From Marsupella aquatica (taxonomy: Eukaryota; Plantae; Marchantiophyta), in contig OZ316897.1 in assembly GCA_973895155.1 (NCBI GenBank), positions 11,555,832 through 11,619,831 of the forward strand: a stretch of DNA of 64,000 nucleotides, written 5' to 3'. Under the pieces are notes generated by a model. It had not been told where the DNA came from and made no database searches. It saw only the letters and a list, made by a program, of their open reading frames with translations. Positions 13,501-23,696 of the stretch are shown here, in pieces. Numbering within the stretch: position 1 is the first letter of the stretch; every line of letters starts with the position of its first letter. Position numbers and translations under genes: made by a program.

Positions 13501-15245
13501 TCAACGAAGACTCCATGTTGTGGCTGACAAGCACCAAAGATTGAGTACGTATTTCTAGTGCATCTTTCACCTAACTCACCTAGCTTCTTCTGATGTCGGA
13601 CAGTAGTCAGTCTAACTTTGGCTGAGCTAGCAGATTATTTCCGAATGCTGAAGATATCTGAGAATTTTCATGTTAACTCGCATTTAATTGTGTGCGACCA
13701 CCGTAGATGAGGGTGAATTCAGTACGGCATCTGATTACTTGTCGTACATTTCTGCCACATGTAGGAGATATTGCCACAGCAGTGCTTTCAGATATTGACA
13801 GCATTTCCACCGCTGTCTCCTCTTCCCCCAGTGAGCCTTCTCCTTCTCCATGCAAACCTCGTCAAGGCCCCCCTTACCCTGCCTTGCCTTCTAAACCATT
13901 GCCTTCCACAACGCTGACCCACCGGAATTTCTACTTATCCTCAGGGTTACCTCGTAGGCCTACAATGAACTCTCGTCCTCTACTCTTAACTAGACCCGGT
14001 TTCTTTAGTATTCCCCTTTTGAGACACCCTCCGTTGATTCCCGTCCGGTCTTGAGTCCTGCCACTGAGGCCAAGATATACCAAATTATCGTCACAGCAAA
14101 ATTTAGGAGTACTGACTATGGGAGTGATGGTTCTCTTCTACATCAACCCTTAGCTGTTGTAATATATGGGTTCTACTGCAGAATTGTTCATCTGCACTAG
14201 AACCTCTCCCTTAAGCTCTCAACTTACCCCTCAGGTGCTGTATAGCAGCCTTGTGTCCCTGTCTCCTATTCTTTCCTCATATTTATCTCCTATGAGGAGT
14301 TATAAAACTAATTGTAACCTGGTGTGGAATTGAAGGGCGTTCGTTGATAATATATCTGATCCCCTCGTTGTCGTGGGTATCACAGTCTTTATTAGCTTCA
14401 CTACCTTCCTGTGTGCATGACAACAAAGGCTGATGTAACTCTCATCAGAGTGAGCAACTGTCCATTTCTTCGGTATCTTCAAACCAATCGGTAGTCGGGG
14501 GGATAGTTCTGTCGAATTTGGACAAGGGAGGGCGTTTCTGGGCATGGAGAGTTTCCTCCCCTCTCAGAGAACTTCCGCGTAAATTAAAATGGGATATGGG
14601 CCTGGAAAACTGAACCGGATAGCACACTATAGCTACAACGTGCTTCGTTTTCTGGGATTGCCGGGAAGGATGGGATGGATCCATGAACATCACGTGAGCT
14701 TTGAGGACCTGTCATGTAGATAGGCTGTTTTTCTCTCGAGCTGTACGCCGGGCAGGACATTGCCCCGTTTCATCTGCTATGTGGTGTTCAATTGATCTCT
14801 ACTGGTGATCACTGCTGGGATAATATATAACGAAACCCTCAATCACGAAAGTCAGCTGGATATGCTTCTTACCATTATGGACTTCCACCTGTGCTATAGA
14901 AGAAGCAACCTTTCGCTCTAGATAAAAGTCCCGTAGACGAATTCTTCGCCACATTTGCACCAGTCACTGAAGATAGTTACCTTGAGCTTTTGTCTGCAGT
15001 CTCGAGCCTAAGGTTCTCATCTAGCTAAATGTGTGTGAAGTGGTAATAACTCCCTCAACTTGTAGAGTGGGCCCAGTACTACAGAATGTCATTTTGCTGT
15101 ACAAGATTGGAACTAAGGAAGTTAGCAAATTGAACTAGTCATGTGTTGCTGCTTACTCAAACAATGTGGTTTTGCAGAAATCTCAGAAGAATCCTGGGTC
15201 CAGTCCAAGGACGATCCCGAAGCAGAGCCTCTAAACCACCACTAG
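10546..15245 (+). CDS. MOT2: Molybdate-anion transporter, MFSD5/MOT2 family (MFS_5/DUF791), 464 aa
   Basis: Exons 10546-10696, 11078-11222, 11369-11537, 11708-11978, 12260-12525, 13086-13298, 13433-13544, 15178-15245 (1395 nt, in phase). Family motifs include FKNNYLVVYSLMMAGDWMQGPYVY, GRILGGIATSLLFSAFESWLVAEH, QSLFEGSMYTFVFLWTPAL and RSTIMNFFRIPLN. The protein ends ...EAEPLNHH. Confidence 0.93.
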
Positions 15246-16559
15246 GCTTAATTGGGCCATACCACCACTAGACTTGATTGGTCGATGGCCCGATTCTGCA
15301 ACATGATGGACACCCGTATAGCCACAGTAAAATTCTGGGGCATGCTTTTCGGAAGACTGCTAATCTAGGTTGGTCAATAAACCAGTGGCAGGTTGCGCAC
15401 CCAGTGCACCACAGGTTAACCACTGGCAACAGTCTCAGAGTGGGTGGATCAGACGGAGTGCCTCTCATTTAATATTTCAAGACTAGTGGACCAGTCATAC
15501 CATTCTTCCCATAGCTGTAGGGAAACAGATGCAGAGTACCCTTGCATCTCGAGGGTGCTTGACCATTATCTCATCAATGGTTCTCGACCATTCAGCTTCG
15601 ATGTTGCTAATTCTTCTCATTCTTCGTGAGGCTTACGGGGTTACTGTGTAAGTGATTTCTAGTTTCAGCGCACGGTGTATCTTCATGTCTGCCTGCCACA
15701 TAATCTAAGTCAATGGGTGGCGTGTAAATTTCGATGTTATTATCAGGCTCATGTGGACATTTTTGTCGACTAAAGAATTGTAAGTAACCGCGATCGTGAA
15801 GTAGTGGACGCATTGCAATTATGCACCTTATTCTTGTTGGAATGAGGCATGGACTACTTGTTTCCTCAGTTTTGACATTTTCCCATTCCATTGCTTAATG
15901 CTCCCGTGGACTAGCCCATGAACTATGCAACCCTATGGGCCCATTCACTTCACTCATTCACACCCTTTTTGTGTCTAACAACTACTAAAGAACAAAGCTT
16001 GACCTTCAATATCTCCCTTGACATCTAAGTTAAGGGGCCCTTAACATAATGTCCTTGGGTTCAGCTTGGAAAGAGCTTTTTCAAACTACACTAATAGCTC
16101 TAGTTTTAACCCTTCGCTGTTCCAAAAGTTTTTGAGCAGCTAATTTTGACGTTTGCAGTTCCAAAAGTTTTGGAGCAGCTGGTTTTGATATTGAGAGTTT
16201 CAGCTAATTTTGAAATTGAGGGTCTCCGCCAGCAGCTAATTTTGGCACTGAAGATTACTTTGCAGCTCCAAAAATCTGAGCAGCTAGTTTTGGCATTGAA
16301 ATTTGCAGCTGGTTTTGAGATTGAAGATCTTCCCCTATGTTGGCTGATGATCTCGCTCCAATGGGATCTATTTTGGGGGGTTTGTTAAATCACATCTGCC
16401 CACATAACAACCCCATTTCCTGCTTCGCTGCTGCTCATTCCTGTCTGTCCATGAGTCATATATTCAAATTTTCAATCAGAATTGTGACTTCCAAATTTCC
16501 AAAGATGATTCTCAATTTTTTTGTCATGTTTTGGTCATCATATTTTGTCACAATTTACT

Positions 16560-17190
16560 CTTCAGTGTGATATGTATTATATGAACAGAAAAACAGGTTA
16601 GGTAGCACTCTGTAGGGGTTGCAAAAGACGATGCATGGGGGTCGCAAATGACTATGTATGGGGTTTATATGTGTGCTATATGAACAGAAACGAGAGTTTA
16701 TGAACAAAAAAGAGGCTTTCGTTACATTCTGTAGGGGTTGCAAAAGTCTATCCATAGGGTTTGGAAAGTCTATAATAGTGTACTATATGAACGGAAATGA
16801 GAATTTAGTTATAGTTCATAGGTGCAACTCATCAGTGTCATCTATGTACTACATAAAAAGTTTGTCCATAGAGGTTGGAAAGTTTATCCATAGGGTTGAC
16901 ATGTGTACTATATGAACAGAAACGATAGTTTCGTTACAGGCCATAGTTGTTACTCATGAGTGTCATATCTCATATGAACAAAGAGGAGGGTTTAGTGAAA
17001 CTCTGGAGGGGTTGCAAATGTCTATCCATAGGGGCTGAAAAGTCTGTCCATAGAGTTGACATATGTACTATATGAACGACGAGAGTTTCGTTACAGTCCA
17101 TAGGTGTTGCAAAAGTCTATCCACAGGGTGTCCAGACAGGTTGCAAAAGTTTATCCAGAGGGCTGCAAATGTGGAAGTCCGTCCATCAGG
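16560..17190. repeat. Degenerate array of tatgaacagaaa / ggggttgcaaaagtctatccatagg units, probably the interior of a non-autonomous TE
   Basis: The motifs tatgaaca/tatgaacg and gttgcaaaagtctatcca recur more than 5 times. Confidence 0.65.
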
Positions 17191-17363
17191 CTTCAATTTC
17201 ATTACGTGATAATGTCTAGCGTAGCCTAGCTATGGTGGCTACATCTTCTGGGCAAGGAATATCTTGAATGTTTGGGCTAGTTGTGGCTCAAGGTGGGCCC
17301 TAATTACAAGTCAGGGAACTATTAATATGTATACGTAGGTTACTTACAGCACAATCCTCCATC

Positions 17364-17632
17364 GCCGACCTTGTTCACCAGTATCTAGTCTAGATCTTAC
17401 TATAAAAGTGCCGACCTTGTTCACCAATATCTAGTCTAGATCTTACTATAAAAGTGCAAACCTAAGTATACTTTTAAGGGCCTAGGTCTGGACTGAAGTC
17501 TCTAGACACTAATAACTCCCAATACACACTAACTCCCAATAAAAGTGCAAACCTAAGTATACTTTTAAGGGCCTAGGTCTGGACTGAAGTCTCTAGACAC
17601 TAATAACTCCCAATACACACTAACTCCCAATA
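17364..17632. repeat. Near-perfect tandem duplications of 46 bp x2 and 91 bp x2
   Basis: gccgaccttgttcacca... starts at 17364 and 17410; taaaagtgcaaacctaagtatac... starts at 17449 and 17540. Confidence 0.9.
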
Positions 17633-17648
17633 CAGATAAAATTGATAA

Positions 17649-18012
17649 TGAGGTTCATTAAGATCAAAATTTTAGATTGAGGATGGACAAAAGTGACATT
17701 GACTTCAAATAAAGAAAAAACTGGAATGAGAAAGAAAAAGATTGAGGTTCATTAAGATCAAAATTTAAGATTGAGGATGGACAAAAGTGACATTGACTTC
17801 AAATAAAGAAAAAACTGGAATGAGAAAGAAAAAGATTGAGGTTCATTAAGATCAAAATTTAAGATTGAGGATGGACAAAAGTGACATTGACTTCAAATAA
17901 AGAAAAAACTGGAATGAGAAAGATAAAAATTGAGGTTCATTAAGATCAAAATTTTAGATTGAGGATGGACAAAAGTGACATTGACGTCAAATTAAGAAAA
18001 AACTGGAATGAG
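17649..18012. repeat. 94-bp tandem repeat, ~3.9 copies
   Basis: tgaggttcattaagatcaaaatt... starts at 17649, 17743, 17837 and 17931. Confidence 0.95.
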
Positions 18013-18280
18013 AATGGACAAAAAACAAAGATGGGGCAAAGACTAACCCAAATAACATATGAATTTTATTATGCAATATTTCTCTTCAAATTTATTTACA
18101 TTCAAAGAACGGGTCATCTAGCTAGTCTATACCATCGATATAGTAGAGAGGGGACGTGCTGTCCCTGCATGGGCATTGGATTTGAGGGATTCATCTCAGG
18201 TATGAACTCTTCTCTTTAGTAAACTTGTGGCTTGTCCGGGACCATTCCATAATAGTCGGGCTTAGTCTGGCTAGCCGTTT

Positions 18281-18298
18281 AAACCCTAAACCCTAAAC
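18281..18298. promoter_or_regulatory. Telo-box / interstitial plant telomere motif
   Basis: aaaccctaaaccctaaac about 1.1 kb upstream of the LecRK ATG; function not demonstrated. Confidence 0.35.
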
Positions 18299-18485
18299 AT
18301 TCACCTCCCATGGACCAGCCAAGGACCAGCTCGAGACCTCGTGAGAAATGCTGATGAAACATCAATTGCTGGACCCTGCTGCTGAAACCAGAAAAGAACT
18401 ATAATTCCATACGATCACTCGCACGGTGAGCTTTGGCATTCCGTCTCATCAAGTTTTCCTTGGTCTCCTACTCATCATCTGCACC

Positions 18486-18600
18486 TTATACAGACAAAAA
18501 TCTTCGACTGACTGCACAAGTTGCTAGGATGCACGACATCCACCCAAGCATGCTAGATCAAGGTCCATAAAGTTTTATCTACAAAGCACCCAGCACAGCA
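18486..18600 (+). pseudogene. Degenerate fragment of a LecRK paralog (juxtamembrane region)
   Basis: ttatacagacaaaaatcttcgactgactgcacaagttgctaggatgcacgacatccacccaagcatgctagatcaaggtcca aligns with 20305-20390 of the intact kinase; it carries a +1 indel and an in-frame TAA. Confidence 0.8.
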
Positions 18601-19383
18601 GGAAGGGCGGATCGATCTCGGGATTTGGCAGATCGACCTCGGGATATGACGGATCCATCTCGGGTATGGCTCCACTTTGACGTCTCCCATTGATACGTTA
18701 CCTTGCGAAGTTTCAGACTCATTGATTCATCCTCGAATATGCCTGTGTCTTATGTTCTGTTTCCATTGATTGTCGATCTTTTTATTTGAAGTAACGGAAA
18801 TTGACAGGTACCGCCCATGCACGATATGTTTTCGAGAACTTTTTCAATATGGGCCCAGACGTTTTCCATTCCTGCTTTAATTACTTTGAACTCCGTACTT
18901 CAGTCTAGAAAACAGGGAACGAACTAATACAGAGACCTCGTAACAAACAATGCTCTCTTCCCTCGCGTTCTCCGCTTTGGGAATACTTTTGATGTTACTC
19001 TTGTCCTTTCCTGCTGTCGTATTCTTTTTCTTTCGCATAAATTTTCCAGCTTAATATACAGTCCGCAAAACCTTGTTTGGTCGAAGACGAGTACACTCTC
19101 ATCAACTACCAAACAAGGAACAACCGAAATCGTTGAAGAAATGTACACTCTACATTCTGGAAGTGCCTGATGCTCGAGACCGGTTTACAAAATGTGAAAT
19201 TAAGGCTTAGCCAAGTGCGGGCCGGGTTCGGCCAATCTTTTGCTGGAAATCGGTGTGAAGCTCATCGAGCTCCGGTGAGTCTTAGCTGTCCTCGATCGAT
19301 TTCAACTGTCAATCCTCTAATCATATGCTTTATATGACTAGATAGTTGAGTACAACAACGTCCTGTTAAATGCAATTCCGAGG

Positions 19384-21570
19384 ATGGGTCTGCTCAGAGG
19401 CAACAGTGGTGCTCGCACAGTTGGATGGCGGGTCATATTGCTGTTAATGGTCCGTGTGATTTCTCTACTGTCGGTAGCTCTGGGACAGAATCCTATCGCC
19501 TTTTCGTACTTCGATAAACCAAACCACTGGCAAGGGACTGACAACCCCGCTGACACCAGTGAACTAAACGGCGAAAACATAACATGTACCTTACAGTCTC
19601 AATCAAACGGCACGAATCTGACGCGGATGTGTCTTTACAAGAACCCTGTCAAGTTGCAGACAGAGCCATGCCCTTGTTTGACAGCATCCTTCGGCACCAT
19701 GTTTAGGGTCCTGCCTGACATATTATTTAGTGCTCCGGGTAGTCCTGAAGCCCATCTAATTATGGCTTTCATCATCGCCAACAAGTCTTCCACTCAGGCT
19801 GAGGGCGGTCACAATTTTGGAGTGACAATACACTTTACCCCAGATTTGCCGGGCCAGAGTCTGTTTCGCGCTCATGTCGGAGTGGACTTCATTAGTCTGA
19901 GGCCAGTGGAAACTCTCCTAATCGATTGGGAACTCACTGTGTGGATACAATACGATGCTACAAACAAGAGCCTAGATGTATACGCAGGTCAATTTGAACT
20001 GAAGCCTCCCTCGCCCATCATCTCCACCGGGATCGATCTATCGCAAACGCTCTCCGGGCCCATGTTCGTCGGATTTCACGGATCAATCTCGAATATGAGC
20101 TTGGATATGAGCTCAGATTATTTTACTTCACATCATAGCCAAATAGTTGGGTGGACATTCAACTCCAATGGACCAGCTCCAGACATACCTAGAAATTCCG
20201 ATGGAACAATACGGATGAAACGACAAGTACTCCCGGTTGACAAGTTTCTCGGCATGATTCCGGCCGGAATTATTTGCATTATTTGTCTGTATATCATCCA
20301 GAAATTATACAGACGAAATGCTCGGCTGACTGCACATGTTGCTCGGATACACGACATCGATCCAAGCATGTTGGATCAAGGTCCCACAACCTTCACGTAC
20401 AAAGAATTGACCACAGCTACAAACGCGTTCAGCTCCAGCCAACTACTGGGAAGCGGTGGATTTGGATCTGTCTACTTTGGAAAGCTATTGCTGAAGAGAG
20501 GCGCGGAGCCAATCCAGATAGCAGTGAAACGAATATCTGCAACCTCAGACCAAGGGGCTTCAGAATTTCTGGCCGAGGTGAAGATCATTGGTCAAGTGCA
20601 ACACCGCAACCTTGTTCGACTGCTAGGCTGGTGTCACGAAAGAGGTGAACTGCTGCTCGTGTACGATTACATGCCTAACGGAAGTGTAGACCACCATCTT
20701 TACCAGAGCACACCGGGAGAGAAACAGACTGTCCTCACCTGGTCAAGACGATTAAAGATTGTGAGTGGAGTGGCTACAGCCCTCGTCTTTCTACATGATG
20801 AGTGGCACCAACGAGTTATACACAGGGATTTAAAGTCGTCAAACATTATGTTGGATTTCGATTTCAATGCTCGACTGGGAGACTTTGGACTTGCGCGTAC
20901 TTCTGAACATGACAAGGAACTACTGTGTACAGCAGTTGCAGGAACTCGAGGATATCTGGCTCCAGAGCTTCCAGTGACATTTCAACCTACGGAGAAGACT
21001 GATGTCTACCGTTTTGGAGCAGTGGTGCTGGAGTTAGCCACAGGCAAGAAGCCTATGCTTTCAAGAGAAGATAAAAAATCCTTGAAAGAAATGTTCCTGG
21101 TCGACTGGGTTTGGAGTCTTTACCGAGACGATGCCCTTTTGGACGCAGCTGATCGTAGCCTACACAATGCATACGATCCCCGCGAGATGATCATGTTTAT
21201 GAAGATTGGGCTTTTGTGCTGCCATCCCAACCCCGATGAGAGACCGACTATGAGAGATGTGATAAACATTTGGAAAGGGTTAAGTCCGTTTCCGCCGGTA
21301 CCCCGCTCGAGACCTGTTCCGGTTTTTCCTTCACACAGTCAAGGGGATGACACGACAGTCTTATTTACTAGTAGTAGTAAGGATTGGGCAGATCAGTCAA
21401 GGAGCTCTGGAACGTCCGCATTGGATCGTGATGGTCAGACGGCTCTCACGATTACTTCACAACATGATGCGGATTCGCCTCCATTGGACGATATCGAAGG
21501 AGGGGAAGGTGGCTCTGCACATAACACACTGCGTTACAGGCCACGCACTACTAATTCACTTCCCTTCTAG
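19384..21570 (+). CDS. L-type (legume) lectin receptor-like Ser/Thr kinase, intronless, 728 aa
   Basis: Signal peptide; lectin-fold motifs (HVGVD, VWIQYD, IDLSQTLSGPMFVGF, IVGWTF); TM segment FLGMIPAGIICIICLYII; kinase motifs GSGGFGSVY, IAVK, HRNLVRLLGWC, HRDLKSSN, DFG, GTRGYLAPE. Confidence 0.95.
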   Translation: MGLLRGNSGARTVGWRVILLLMVRVISLLSVALGQNPIAFSYFDKPNHWQGTDNPADTSELNGENITCTLQSQSNGTNLTRMCLYKNPVKLQTEPCPCLTASFGTMFRVLPDILFSAPGSPEAHLIMAFIIANKSSTQAEGGHNFGVTIHFTPDLPGQSLFRAHVGVDFISLRPVETLLIDWELTVWIQYDATNKSLDVYAGQFELKPPSPIISTGIDLSQTLSGPMFVGFHGSISNMSLDMSSDYFTSHHSQIVGWTFNSNGPAPDIPRNSDGTIRMKRQVLPVDKFLGMIPAGIICIICLYIIQKLYRRNARLTAHVARIHDIDPSMLDQGPTTFTYKELTTATNAFSSSQLLGSGGFGSVYFGKLLLKRGAEPIQIAVKRISATSDQGASEFLAEVKIIGQVQHRNLVRLLGWCHERGELLLVYDYMPNGSVDHHLYQSTPGEKQTVLTWSRRLKIVSGVATALVFLHDEWHQRVIHRDLKSSNIMLDFDFNARLGDFGLARTSEHDKELLCTAVAGTRGYLAPELPVTFQPTEKTDVYRFGAVVLELATGKKPMLSREDKKSLKEMFLVDWVWSLYRDDALLDAADRSLHNAYDPREMIMFMKIGLLCCHPNPDERPTMRDVINIWKGLSPFPPVPRSRPVPVFPSHSQGDDTTVLFTSSSKDWADQSRSSGTSALDRDGQTALTITSQHDADSPPLDDIEGGEGGSAHNTLRYRPRTTNSLPF

Positions 21571-22407
21571 CAATAGTCGTTAGTAGTTTGACCCGAATCT
21601 TCAATTTTGTGTATCGTGGCCAGGAGTCACGGTTGGTGATAGATGCTACGGGTGCTTTATTTGTAGATCGTCAACCTTTGGTTCGAAACGACTCGGTACA
21701 GAGGCTACAGAATTTTGAGTGCATTCGCTCCCAGGGATGATTCAATCCCTGTATAGCTTGCCTTTGTTTAGCAGATTTGTATAGTGGATAATGTCTTTCT
21801 GGCCTGTTCTCCCCTTCTCATCTTCATTTTAACATCGGTGCGGTAACCCCTACACCGGAAGATCGAGGGAATTATGAAATCTTTATCTTGCTTTTGTGTT
21901 CAATCAATAATCGTAGATTGTGAATGATTTTCACGTTACTAGTTTTCTGAGGTTAAAGTTATTTCGAGACGGTCGCAATGATGATCTGTACTTGCTAGGT
22001 TCAGTTTGATTGAAGTTTCATTCCACTTGAAGATTGCTTTCCTCCTCCGCTCAGAGGGGCAAGACGGGCTTAGACCCGTCTTGAAAATGAATCACTGATC
22101 TTCATAATAAAAAACAGGATGGTCAGTTATGTGCACCACCAGAATACTTGAAGTAAATGAAGGAATGTAATCTGAAGTCCTTGGATTACTTACACTTCCA
22201 TGCGCGCTGTTTCCACGAACTATCAAGAAACATAAGAGCAAAGAACACCCTACACAGGTAGCTCCCAGCTAGTACACGTAGACTACGGGGTAATAACAAA
22301 GACAGAAGATGACAGTACCTATAGGGTAGAGGAGGATATCTGCTTGCGAAAAGAAGTTAGGATGAAGGTTTGAGTGAAGGCGTCCGAAAAAACCGAGGAA
22401 TGGTCGT

Positions 22408-23200
22408 TCATTCTGCCCCGAAATAAAAAGCTACCCATTCGTTCCAGGTTGAATGCGTCAAGCTCCAACAAACCAGCTTTGACACTACACACTTCAAGTT
22501 TGTCCGCTGATTCCCAGGGAGAGCTGAATAATTAGTACGCAATACAATTCTAGTTGGAAGAAGACACCCGCACAGTTTCATTAAGTCGGAACCATACTCG
22601 AAAGGGCACCGTACTTGTCGCGACCTAAGGCCGGAAGCTTTCAGTAGCCACCACCACGCAATCGTGTCGCGACCAAGGGGCTCCAGTGACGACATGGAGA
22701 TCCAAACCCGAGAGAGACGCATAAGTGAGTGAAAGTACCTTCATCCCCGGGTGCGTTCTGTAAATGGTACTTCTGGTGGTGAAGCAGCTCAAGGGCTTCT
22801 AAGAACGGTGCCAAAATGAAGATCAGATTAGTATGAGCGTACTGAGTTGTGGGCGTCTGATCGGGGTAACTGTCCTGTTTTGGGGTTCTCATTTCAACAG
22901 CTAGCTTTACAACTTCTTGTGAGAATGCTTCATCTCGATTGAGGAAGTCCTGTGACGAAAGTCCTCGAGGAAGTGCTGGAGTAAATTGAAAGTTTCCCAC
23001 CATATGACATTAATAAATATCCTAAGTGTTGCTGCTTCCAACTTGACTTCCACCTTTTTGGCTGCATCCCAGACCCATGTCATCTCCACTTTATCCGGCC
23101 TTGAATATTTTAGACTTCGGTATGCAACTGAACGATATGCAACTAAAGTCGTGTTTTCTTCTCGGATAAGTCTTGGGGTTAGACTACCATCCAATTCTAC
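22408..23200 (-). pseudogene. Possible frameshifted gene relic of unknown family
   Basis: Three overlapping minus-strand ORFs (22907-23194, 22641-23003, 22408-22722) in successive frames with protein-like composition; no recognisable domain. Confidence 0.3.
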
Positions 23201-23696
23201 AGGACGTTTCCCTTTTCCCTGTCCCAGTTTTTGCCTTTTACGTTACCAATCTTAAGTTTTTATAACAAAGCGCAACCCACTATTTCGACAGGGAACCATG
23301 ACTGCTTGGTGGGAAACCAAAGAAATTACTCAATGACACGACAGAAATCTCTACACTGCTTAATTTTTTCATGAACTGATCAAAATTAGAATCTTTCCAG
23401 TAAGCCCATTGACTGTGGCAGACACTCGACATGAATATACAGCGCAGTTCACAGCCTTTCGACGTACAATCTAATCACGAGTCTCGTAGAGAAAGATAGA
23501 CTAATTGATGACGTCTGTACAGATCATTGATTTTGCAGAATGATCACCTCAAAGTGGAGAGTTTCAAAATGCGAAAGTATACCGAGTGTGCTACCTAAGA
23601 TAAATTTACAACGATAGAAATCTTAGAAACACAGAAACAAGGAAAACTCCTGCGCCATGTTTCTGGTTTCGAAAAAGGTTTGGCATAATGACAAAT

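Noticed and set aside
17649-18012. Regular repeats superficially like a CRISPR array
   Set aside because: Units are head-to-tail with no unique spacers, in eukaryotic context with no cas genes
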